Positions 6,352 to 14,403 of a DNA stretch of 15,053 bases are shown here, piece after piece; positions within the stretch are counted from its first letter, which is position 1, and each line of letters opens with the position of its first letter. Under the pieces are notes generated by a model. It did no database searches and was not told where the DNA came from. It saw only the letters and a list, made by a program, of their open reading frames with translations. The stretch comes from an uncultured Fibrobacterales bacterium. Lineage in GTDB: Bacteria; Fibrobacterota; Fibrobacteria; Fibrobacterales; CAWVXU01. The DNA lies in assembly GCA_963934255.1 (NCBI GenBank), contig CAWVXU010000064.1, positions 1-15,053 of the forward strand, given 5' to 3'. The translations under genes and the position numbers were made by a program.

Positions 6352-9000
6352 ATGAAAATTAATTCTATGATGAAAATAATGAAATTGAGCCAAAAAGGGC
6401 TCTTGATTTTGGGATTTGCTGCGAGTTCATTTGCTGCAACATCTAAAGATCAAATTGATGCTGTCAACCAATCATACAATGATTCGCTTGAAGTAATTAT
6501 GAAGTCTGCAAATACAAATACAGCTTCCAATCTTTATACGCCTGTTGGCTTTAAGGGTGCATTTATTGGTCGTGCTTATGATGCACAGCTTTTTGACGTA
6601 CCTCAGTACGCTAATGCATTTAGATCCCGTACTCAATTAGATGGTGATCTTAATCTTTATGTGACAGCTAATCCCAATCCGTTCTTTACACTCTGGACTA
6701 CATTGACTTTTGGCTTTGATTATACTCCTGAGTATTTTAATGAACGCGCTACACAGTCAAACTACTATGGTGAAGACAAGCAGACGTATAATATCTTAAA
6801 TGATTATAGTCGTGTTCACAATAACCGTGACGCACAACGTGAAGAGGCCGGTGTATTTGAAGAGTTGATCGTTGGTGCGGATATTCGTACTAAAGATGTT
6901 AAAGTTCTAGCTCGCGCTGGATCTGCACTTTGGATTGAAATGTCTCCACTTTCTATCTATCGTCGTGATGCTCGTCGTCGTTATGCTTGGTTCTACGAAT
7001 CATATGAAGCTGACGGAAATGCCAAAGGCTATCACACTCAGAAATCATTCAATCGCCGTAATTATGGTGGTCGTTCGACTTGGCCTCGCAAAACTTTCGG
7101 CGGTGGACACCTCGACTTTTACTCATTACCATTTGGTCTCAATGGTCAATTTTTAGTAGCTGAGCCTGTCAATAACTACCCAGCAGCCAAACGCGCAGCA
7201 ACTGTAGGTGAATATGGCGATGCTGAGGGATTAAGTTCTTTCTCCAATCCAGGATTACTTTTTGCAGGACGTTTAGCTCGTAAAGCAACCATTGGTGATC
7301 TTGAAGTGGGGTTAAACTTTTTGACATACAAAATTAATCGTGACATCTATTTTGATGATGGTGGTGGCGATGGTTATAATTATGCTGAAAACACCTCTCC
7401 TTGGACACGTCGTTCTGAATTCAATGACATCGCTCCGAAAATCGTTGAACCGACAGTTTACTCATTAGATTTCCGCGGTAAATTGGGCAATGATTATTAC
7501 TTCATGGGTGATATTGCTATGTCTCAGAAAAGAACTGAGACTTGGAAGCAAGCGAAAAGAGATGGGAAATTCCTTTGGGCAAACAGGCAAGTAAGTAATG
7601 CTTTTGTTATTCTTCCTAGTGACATTGATCCGTCAAGAGCAATCACTCTAGAAAATGGCGAAACCGTCTATGGAATGGATAATGCTGAGTTTGATCCAAC
7701 GAGCTCGGAATATGATCTTGTTACAGCTGAAGATAGTAATACAATACCACTTATTCGTTATTATGACTCAATAGCAACTGAAGATTTGTTCCCGTTATAT
7801 GATCCATACTTGTCTGAAAAAATGGTTGAGAAGTCTAGCTTTGCTCCAGCACTTTATGCCAAATTAGCAGCAAACACCAAAATGGCTTATGAAGTTGAAT
7901 TAGTTTATATGGACCCTGAGTTTAACTCACCTTATGGGATTTCACAAGATGTGGTTCCTGTAAATACTGAGCATATCAAGTTAGGCGCTGGTGCTTATTC
8001 CTACCAAGCGAACCTTGCTGGTGCAAACTTTGTGATTAACCCAGTTGTTAAACGTGGGTTCTTAAAGTTACAAGCGGGTATACATGCTCAAGTAAAAGAA
8101 TCGGATGATTTTATACGCTTCCAACACAAACTCATTGGCCGTGATCTTTGGAAATCATCAAACTCTTGGTCTCGTACAGAGCCTAATATGAATTTCGATG
8201 AAGGACGCCCTTATGGGACTCCTGAGAACCGTGGTCGTCTTGGTGATCAAAGTGAAAATCGTTCACGCTATATGAATGAACAACAACTTGGTGGCCTCGT
8301 AGGTGAAGACCAAGCGCTTTGGGAAGAATTTGTTCCTTGGGAAAAAGAAGATTTAACAGAGCAACAAAATGGATTAACCACAACAGGCGCTATTCCTCAA
8401 TCGCAGAAGTTCTCTTGGACGGCTGGATTTGATTGGGGTTATGACTTTGGTGGAACACTTCCGATATTTATGAATCTAAACGGTGAAGTGAGTTTACTTT
8501 CTCGTGGAGCCAATCCTTCAGAAGATTTACTCAGTGGTGCACTTCTGATGGGAGAGCCTGTTATTGGCCTGACTCCTAACTTTTTCTTGATTGGTGTATT
8601 TGGATATGAAGGTTGGTACTCAAAGTACGGAGCTCGCAACAAAAAAGCAAACTACGCACCTCAAGGTGAGCCGTACCTTCTTGGTATAGACCCTGCACTT
8701 GATGCATATTCGCTTAATCTTGAATATCACCAGTTTGCAATGGGTCTAGGTTTTGACTGGGATTTTGCAACAAGAGCTGGACTACATGTTCGCTACAAAT
8801 GGGCCAAACACATTGATGTATCTGTAAATGATCGCAATGACAAATTTCAAGATGAAGTCGATGAGATTAAAGGTCTAGCCAAAGACAATGGCGGATATTC
8901 TAAAGCTCAAAATAACCGAATTTCTCAACTACAAGGAGCCATTGTTTCAAACGACTTTACTGCTGGCTTCCTATTCATCGAAACCAAGATTTGGTTCTAA
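6352..9000 (+). CDS. Large putative outer-membrane beta-barrel protein 1 (882 aa), function unknown
   Basis: Signal peptide (...KLSQKGLLILGFAASSFA), many amphipathic strands (AGFDWGYDF, MGLGFDWDF, GLHVRYKW) and a C-terminal beta-signal GFLFIETKIWF. The SD AAGGGG lies inside the end of the CBM gene. Several in-frame Met codons make the exact start uncertain. Confidence 0.8.
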   Translation: MKINSMMKIMKLSQKGLLILGFAASSFAATSKDQIDAVNQSYNDSLEVIMKSANTNTASNLYTPVGFKGAFIGRAYDAQLFDVPQYANAFRSRTQLDGDLNLYVTANPNPFFTLWTTLTFGFDYTPEYFNERATQSNYYGEDKQTYNILNDYSRVHNNRDAQREEAGVFEELIVGADIRTKDVKVLARAGSALWIEMSPLSIYRRDARRRYAWFYESYEADGNAKGYHTQKSFNRRNYGGRSTWPRKTFGGGHLDFYSLPFGLNGQFLVAEPVNNYPAAKRAATVGEYGDAEGLSSFSNPGLLFAGRLARKATIGDLEVGLNFLTYKINRDIYFDDGGGDGYNYAENTSPWTRRSEFNDIAPKIVEPTVYSLDFRGKLGNDYYFMGDIAMSQKRTETWKQAKRDGKFLWANRQVSNAFVILPSDIDPSRAITLENGETVYGMDNAEFDPTSSEYDLVTAEDSNTIPLIRYYDSIATEDLFPLYDPYLSEKMVEKSSFAPALYAKLAANTKMAYEVELVYMDPEFNSPYGISQDVVPVNTEHIKLGAGAYSYQANLAGANFVINPVVKRGFLKLQAGIHAQVKESDDFIRFQHKLIGRDLWKSSNSWSRTEPNMNFDEGRPYGTPENRGRLGDQSENRSRYMNEQQLGGLVGEDQALWEEFVPWEKEDLTEQQNGLTTTGAIPQSQKFSWTAGFDWGYDFGGTLPIFMNLNGEVSLLSRGANPSEDLLSGALLMGEPVIGLTPNFFLIGVFGYEGWYSKYGARNKKANYAPQGEPYLLGIDPALDAYSLNLEYHQFAMGLGFDWDFATRAGLHVRYKWAKHIDVSVNDRNDKFQDEVDEIKGLAKDNGGYSKAQNNRISQLQGAIVSNDFTAGFLFIETKIWF

Positions 9001-9014
9001 GGAAGGAGACAGCA

Positions 9015-11072
9015 ATGAAGAATATGAGTAAGAAAAATCAAATTATGAAAAGTTTTACATTTCTAATTACTTTAGGTCTTGGGCTAGCAAGCGCAACGGC
9101 ACTAGACGGACAGAAGAAACTGGATGAAAAGATCGAGACCATGGAGTCTCGTGCAGGATTAGAAGTCTTTGGAGCAATTCACTCTGAGTTTTTAAGATCT
9201 GAAGTTGAAGGTGATTTCACTAAAAATATTGACCCATCTGTGATGGGTAAAGTGGATCGTTATAGCGAAAAAATGGAAAAAACGCAAGTGACGCGTCTTG
9301 ATTTAGGTTTGAATTTCAGACCTTTTGAGAACACACAAGCTAAAGCGATTATGCGTTTTTCTCAAGATTGGCAAACTTTCTTTGCTAGCCGTTCTCGTCC
9401 TGTGGGCGTGCGTTGGTTGAGCATGGATGGTAAGTTCAATAAAATGGTTTCATTTAATGTGGGTGACTTCAAACAGAAGTATTCTCCGCTAACTTTATGG
9501 AGTCCTGAACTTGAATTTATCCTTGAGCCGAAAATTTTTGGTCGTGATCGCCAAGAATTAATGGATGAACATTTCTTAAGTGATAATGAAAGAGTGCTTC
9601 AAGGTGCTAACTTAAATATCTCAATTCCAGTTGTTGAAAACGTTGCTGAATTACGTATTGACGGTTTATTTTCACGAGTTCGTCGTTCTGAGTTTCTTGA
9701 CAATAATGGTAAACAATCAAAAGAGTCCAATTTTAAATCTGATTTAGAAAACTTCGTAGGTGCTACTCAAATTGAAGTTCTTGCAATGAACAATGTGTTC
9801 ATTGGTGGTGGTTTTTTATTCAATTATGATCAAGCAGGTACTTTCCTTAATGAAAACCAAATAGTTGATTCATTAGGTAATCTAAGTTATGCTGCAAACG
9901 GTATTGATTTCAACTCTGACACTCCTGAAATTGATTCAATCCCTGCAGGATATTCGTATTCTCAAAATGGGAATTATGTTGCAACACTAAAGGAAACAAA
10001 AGTCGTTTCAGGCAAAGCCGGAGTAGATATTGCCGGATTTGTTGGATTAGATTTCTTAACTGCAGAGGTTTTAGCTGAGTTTGCTCAGTCAACTCAGAGT
10101 TTTGATTATGTTTCATCTTCAGCCGAAGATGCTGCTATTGTTTTAAGTGAGAACATTACTGGAACTGCGATGTGGACTGAACTTGGTTTAGGGTATACTC
10201 AAGGTGACGTTGATGCTCAGTTAAAAGCCCGTATGATTCAAAACCAAGCAGCTTTCTCTAATCCATTTGCTCAATCGACTTCATGGGTACCTGAGCGTAT
10301 CATGAACACATCTAATGATAACGGGTCTAATGCACTTTATAGTTCACTTGATGCACTTTATCATGGCGTCTCTCATTACTCTCCGACTATATATGAAACT
10401 GCTAACCAAAATGCCCCATATGAAAAGAATTCATACACGAACTCTATTCAATACGGACAAGTAGCATCAGATCCAGCACTTCAGTCAGTTCTTCCAAATG
10501 GCTTGGCTACTGCTAACCGCAAAGGTATAACTGCCAATCTAACTAGTGACTACCTTGGTGGTGGAACTAAAGTAGAAGTGGCATACAAAGGACTTAAAAG
10601 TAACGAAGCAACGGGTGCTATTCTAAATTCAACATATGATCAAGTTGGCTTTGGTGTTGGAGTTGATGTTTCTAAATTCTTAGCTGGATATGACTTCCCA
10701 CTTGAGCTAACTGCAGCAGTGACAAAAGATGATATCACTCATTTGTCTCTTTTAGGTGTACAGAGCAATATCACAAATGCATTATTTCAAGCGGGTATTT
10801 ACTTGAAAGTACACAGATTATTTGCTGTACTAGGTGGATATCAACAGTTAAAATCCGATACAGAACAACTTGGTGTCAGTATGCTTAATGTAACTGAGTC
10901 ATATTGGCGTGGCGGTGTTGAATTCTCAATTGGAGAAAATGCTTACTTCGTTACAAGTGTAGGTCAAGTAGATGTTGAACAAGCATTTACACCAGCACTC
11001 ATTGGGAATCCGGCTACAATAGGTGAATTTTCTCAATTTATCACTCAATTTAAAATCCACGCTGATTTTTAA
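9015..11072 (+). CDS. Putative outer-membrane beta-barrel protein 2 (about 685 aa), paralog of the next gene
   Basis: The ATG at 9015 follows the SD AGGAG (9004-9008) and is preferred over the TTG at 8991. It has a signal peptide (MKSFTFLITLGLGLASA), amphipathic strands and C-terminal FITQFKIHADF. Confidence 0.8.
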   Translation: MKNMSKKNQIMKSFTFLITLGLGLASATALDGQKKLDEKIETMESRAGLEVFGAIHSEFLRSEVEGDFTKNIDPSVMGKVDRYSEKMEKTQVTRLDLGLNFRPFENTQAKAIMRFSQDWQTFFASRSRPVGVRWLSMDGKFNKMVSFNVGDFKQKYSPLTLWSPELEFILEPKIFGRDRQELMDEHFLSDNERVLQGANLNISIPVVENVAELRIDGLFSRVRRSEFLDNNGKQSKESNFKSDLENFVGATQIEVLAMNNVFIGGGFLFNYDQAGTFLNENQIVDSLGNLSYAANGIDFNSDTPEIDSIPAGYSYSQNGNYVATLKETKVVSGKAGVDIAGFVGLDFLTAEVLAEFAQSTQSFDYVSSSAEDAAIVLSENITGTAMWTELGLGYTQGDVDAQLKARMIQNQAAFSNPFAQSTSWVPERIMNTSNDNGSNALYSSLDALYHGVSHYSPTIYETANQNAPYEKNSYTNSIQYGQVASDPALQSVLPNGLATANRKGITANLTSDYLGGGTKVEVAYKGLKSNEATGAILNSTYDQVGFGVGVDVSKFLAGYDFPLELTAAVTKDDITHLSLLGVQSNITNALFQAGIYLKVHRLFAVLGGYQQLKSDTEQLGVSMLNVTESYWRGGVEFSIGENAYFVTSVGQVDVEQAFTPALIGNPATIGEFSQFITQFKIHADF

Positions 11073-11085
11073 GGAAGGTTGACAA

Positions 11086-13218
11086 ATGAGAATTGAAAAT
11101 AAGGGAATTAAAATGAAGAATTGGTTTGCTCAGAGTTTTCTGAAAGCGCCCCTCTATAGCTTCCTTGCAGTTGGTACCGTAATGGCCGCAAGCACTGAAG
11201 AAGTTCAAGTTGAATTAAGCGCAAAGCTTGACTCGGTAGAACAAAGTAAAACAGGCGTAAGTTTTGAAGGTTCAATGAAGTCAAGAGCTCTTAGCTCCGA
11301 TGCATATGGAACTAATGTTGATGAGAATAGCCCTTCGGTTGAGAATCTTTTCTATACTCAAATGGATCTAGCCATCAAAGGTCGTCCGTCTTCTGAGACT
11401 GAAGCTACTTTGATATTCAGATTACACCAGGACTGGAACAACTATTATGATGAAGGCGTGAATCCAATTAATTCACGCTGGATGAGTTATGATGGTTTGA
11501 TTCTTAACAAAAGTGTTCAATTTAACTTAGGTGATTTTACTTTTAAAAAGTCCCCTTTGGTTGCATACAACCCTGATGTTGATGGTCTAGAATACGAAGC
11601 AGAAGTTTTTGCTCGCAAAAGAGAAGAAGCAAAGTCTGAAAAGTTCTTAGAAGATAACAAAAGACACCTACAAGGCTTTAATGCAACTTGGACACTAAAT
11701 GAAGACAAACCGTCTTCGTTTGCAATGACTGGTACTGCAGCAAGACTTCGTTTCCCATGGTGGTCAAATGGTGTTCTTCAATACGATACTGATAATGTTT
11801 CAAAGTACCTTGGTCATGTTGATGGTAACTTGAATATCCGTAACGCAGTTGATCTTGGTATGTCGTATAGTGTCATTTATGATCGTGTAAGAACAACACG
11901 TGCTCATAACACTTTCAATGAAATAAGTACAACAGATAATGCTGCAGTCAATAGCGCCGTTTACGAAAACAACAATGTTGCTTCACTTTGGCTTGGATAT
12001 GACTTCAATCAAATGAACCCAAGTTCAAATGTGATCCTTAATGTTCGTGCAGATGCAGCTATTTCTGAATACTGGAAGGGTGCAGACACTCTGTCCAAAG
12101 CTTCAAAAGTAATTACTTTTATTGATACCTCAATTACTGGTGATGCAACTGCAGGTTTTGACACGACAATTACTACATCTCGTGATACCAACTTTGCCTC
12201 AAGACAACACTTTACTTTGAAAGAAATTGAATCTCGTGATGGGATTGCAATTTTAGTTGAGTTTAATGCTGGTTATAAGATAAACAATGACTCGTATGTA
12301 CTTCGTGGATTTGGGTTAAGTAATGATGATGAGTTTGTTTCAGATCTTGCACAATCTCAAAGCTTCCTAGCGCGTTCAATTCTAAATAGCCAACAAGGTG
12401 GGATCTATCAAGGTCAGTCTTACAATACGATGTTTGATGCACTCTATAACCATGCATTTGTTGTGAATCCTGTAACTGCTCGCACCACCATGGAAACGAA
12501 TTCTCCGGCTGATCCAGCCCAAGAGGGTAAGTATTCTGGGACGAACAATTATTACCGTGCGCATTATGACAAGAATTCATATTCTGGGGTGAACACGACT
12601 CAAGAAGAGCGTGATGCACAATTCCAGTCTCTTTTACCTTACTTCCAAGAAGCACTTCCTAATGGAAAAGCATCTGCTAACCGTGTTGGTGGTCAACTTG
12701 CTCTAGATGTAGATGCGCTTGATAATTTAATTTCTGCAGATGCTCACTTTGGCCAGTTCGAAAATGCAAATTCGCAGCAAATTGGTAATGTTACGACAGG
12801 TATTATGTCTTTCAACCGCTTTGGTGGTGGAATGGTACTGAGACTGGGTAATGTTTTAAATTATGCTGATGGTATTGAATTAAGTGCTGGTATCGGACAA
12901 CAAACTTCTGACATCGAGTTCACTGAGACTTTAGAAGCATCAACAACAGAAAATTCATTCTCTAATGAGTCTTCTTTATATTCCGCTGGTATTAAAGTAG
13001 GCTTCTTACAAGATTTCGAACTTTTGGCTGGTTACCAAGTTCTTGACCATGTATTGGCAGGTCTTGCTGTAACGGAATCAATTGTAGCAGCTGGAGTGAA
13101 TTACAACATGAGCAAAGGTTCTTACCTAACTGCAGAAGTGACTCAAATTAAAGGCGAAAGCTCTAAAACTGAGTATACTCAACTTGTTCCTCAAATGACT
13201 ATGACTGTTAAATTCTAA
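11086..13218 (+). CDS. Putative outer-membrane beta-barrel protein 3 (710 aa; alternative start 11113)
   Basis: Signal peptide MKNWFAQSFLKAPLYSFLAVGTVMA and C-terminal VPQMTMTVKF. It shares collinear motifs with barrel 2: QDW, RW.S.DG, FN.GDF, SPL, FL.DN.R.LQG.N, DALY, Y.KNSY, LPNG.A.ANR.G and GYQ. Confidence 0.8.
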   Translation: MRIENKGIKMKNWFAQSFLKAPLYSFLAVGTVMAASTEEVQVELSAKLDSVEQSKTGVSFEGSMKSRALSSDAYGTNVDENSPSVENLFYTQMDLAIKGRPSSETEATLIFRLHQDWNNYYDEGVNPINSRWMSYDGLILNKSVQFNLGDFTFKKSPLVAYNPDVDGLEYEAEVFARKREEAKSEKFLEDNKRHLQGFNATWTLNEDKPSSFAMTGTAARLRFPWWSNGVLQYDTDNVSKYLGHVDGNLNIRNAVDLGMSYSVIYDRVRTTRAHNTFNEISTTDNAAVNSAVYENNNVASLWLGYDFNQMNPSSNVILNVRADAAISEYWKGADTLSKASKVITFIDTSITGDATAGFDTTITTSRDTNFASRQHFTLKEIESRDGIAILVEFNAGYKINNDSYVLRGFGLSNDDEFVSDLAQSQSFLARSILNSQQGGIYQGQSYNTMFDALYNHAFVVNPVTARTTMETNSPADPAQEGKYSGTNNYYRAHYDKNSYSGVNTTQEERDAQFQSLLPYFQEALPNGKASANRVGGQLALDVDALDNLISADAHFGQFENANSQQIGNVTTGIMSFNRFGGGMVLRLGNVLNYADGIELSAGIGQQTSDIEFTETLEASTTENSFSNESSLYSAGIKVGFLQDFELLAGYQVLDHVLAGLAVTESIVAAGVNYNMSKGSYLTAEVTQIKGESSKTEYTQLVPQMTMTVKF

Positions 13219-13256
13219 GCAATAGAAGTTAACACATATCAATGAGTTAAAAATTT

Positions 13257-13286
13257 AAAGGCAAACACTAAGTGTTTGCCTTTTTT
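13257..13286. terminator. Intrinsic (Rho-independent) terminator, probably bidirectional
   Basis: AAAGGCAAACAC-TAA-GTGTTTGCCTTT-TTT is a perfect 12-bp stem with a T6 tract on the plus strand and an A-rich flank upstream. It lies between the convergent barrel operon and hemF. Confidence 0.9.
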
Positions 13287-13345
13287 GATTCCATGTTTAA
13301 AATGGTCACCAGTAATTTTTTTTCCTGATTTCATAATGATCGAAA

Positions 13346-14230
13346 TTATAAATTCAGCCAGTTAGTTGGTTTTAAGTAATCAGTTAGCTCAGCTTCTAGT
13401 GATCCTTCTGCGGCCTTCCAGTCATATCTCCAACTCACTTCACTTGGTAAGCTCATGAGGATGGATTCAGTGCGTCCACCTGATTGGATACCAAAATGTG
13501 TACCACGATCAAAAAGTAGATTGAATTCAACATAACGGCCGCGGCGTATTTTTTGGAATTCTCGTTGTTGAGGCGTGAAATCTTTCTGAGCATAGCTTTT
13601 AATAAAAGGGATAATTAAGTTTGGTAAGAGCATCCCTAGGTTTTTACAAAGAGTGAAGTTTGATTCTCGGTCTGTATTCAGGTGATCAAAGAACAAACCG
13701 CCTACACCTCGAGTCTCATCTCTATGTGGGAGGAAAAAGTATTCATCACACTTTTCTTTGAGTGTTTTGTAATCGGACTGATGTTTGCCGCAGAAGTCAA
13801 ACAGCTTCTGATGAAAATCCACAACATCTTCTTTTTTTGTGTAATAAGGCGTTAAATCAACACCACCGCCGAACCACCACTTCTCACCGCATTCAAAGTA
13901 TCTGACATTGAGATGTATAGTAGGGATAAATGGATTTTGAGGGTGCAGTACAATTGAGACACCTGTTGCTTTATATGGCGTGTTTTCTGGTAGTTTCATT
14001 GAAACGAGTGCAGAGGGAGGGAGAGTACCACCTTCAATTGCTGAGAAATTCACACCTGCTTTTTCAAGAATGGAATCATTTTCCCAAAGTCGAGAACGAC
14101 CACCACCTTGCCCCTTGTCGTAATCCCATAGATCTTCTTTATAAACACCTACACCAATATTTTGAAGTTCTTTGATAATATGGTCTTGAACCTTTTTGAA
14201 TTCTTCTTGAATGGTTTGAAAGTCTAACAT
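13346..14230 (-). CDS. hemF: Oxygen-dependent coproporphyrinogen-III oxidase
   Basis: Hallmark motifs: GGGRSR, EKAGVNFS, ATGVSIVLHPQNPFIPTIHLNVRYF, WWFGGGVDLTPYY, CDEYFFLPHRDETRGVGGLFFD and RRGRYVEFNLLFDRGTHFGIQSGGRTESILMSLP. Confidence 0.98.
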   Translation of the reverse strand: MLDFQTIQEEFKKVQDHIIKELQNIGVGVYKEDLWDYDKGQGGGRSRLWENDSILEKAGVNFSAIEGGTLPPSALVSMKLPENTPYKATGVSIVLHPQNPFIPTIHLNVRYFECGEKWWFGGGVDLTPYYTKKEDVVDFHQKLFDFCGKHQSDYKTLKEKCDEYFFLPHRDETRGVGGLFFDHLNTDRESNFTLCKNLGMLLPNLIIPFIKSYAQKDFTPQQREFQKIRRGRYVEFNLLFDRGTHFGIQSGGRTESILMSLPSEVSWRYDWKAAEGSLEAELTDYLKPTNWLNL

Positions 14231-14403
14231 AATTATACCTGAAGTAGTGAATGAAAAAAAAGGTTTTCAATTGGTCTTAATTAAAAGGTAGTTTTTCAAG
14301 GATCATTTTGAACAATCATTAAACGCTTTATGATTTGTCAAACTCTTATTTCTTAGTTCCTCCCTATCAAGAGCCGATAACTTTAGGAATAGAGGGAATT
14401 ATA

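Noticed and set aside
8991..9014. ORF-track starts at TTG 8991 (also TTG 3634 and TTG 14335)
   Set aside because: SD-like sequences sit at proper spacing from downstream ATGs (9015, 3649, 14404), and the signal peptides fit the 9015 and 14404 starts.
6352..13218. TonB-dependent receptors / SusC-SusD pair
   Set aside because: The sizes are similar, but I see no TonB box, plug-domain motifs or SusC signatures, and no SusD-like lipoprotein. Strands appear to start right after a short helix. Structure prediction is needed for final exclusion.
216..14175. Short overlapping ORFs from the track (216-473, 2384-2680, 4195-4392, 4856-5038, 5267-5497, 6935-7156, 8183-8383, 8439-8642, 9910-10116, 11517-11708, 12009-12191, 12263-12655, 12382-12564, 13930-14175)
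   Set aside because: All lie wholly inside well-supported genes in antisense or shifted frames and have no recognisable motifs, as expected of shadow ORFs.
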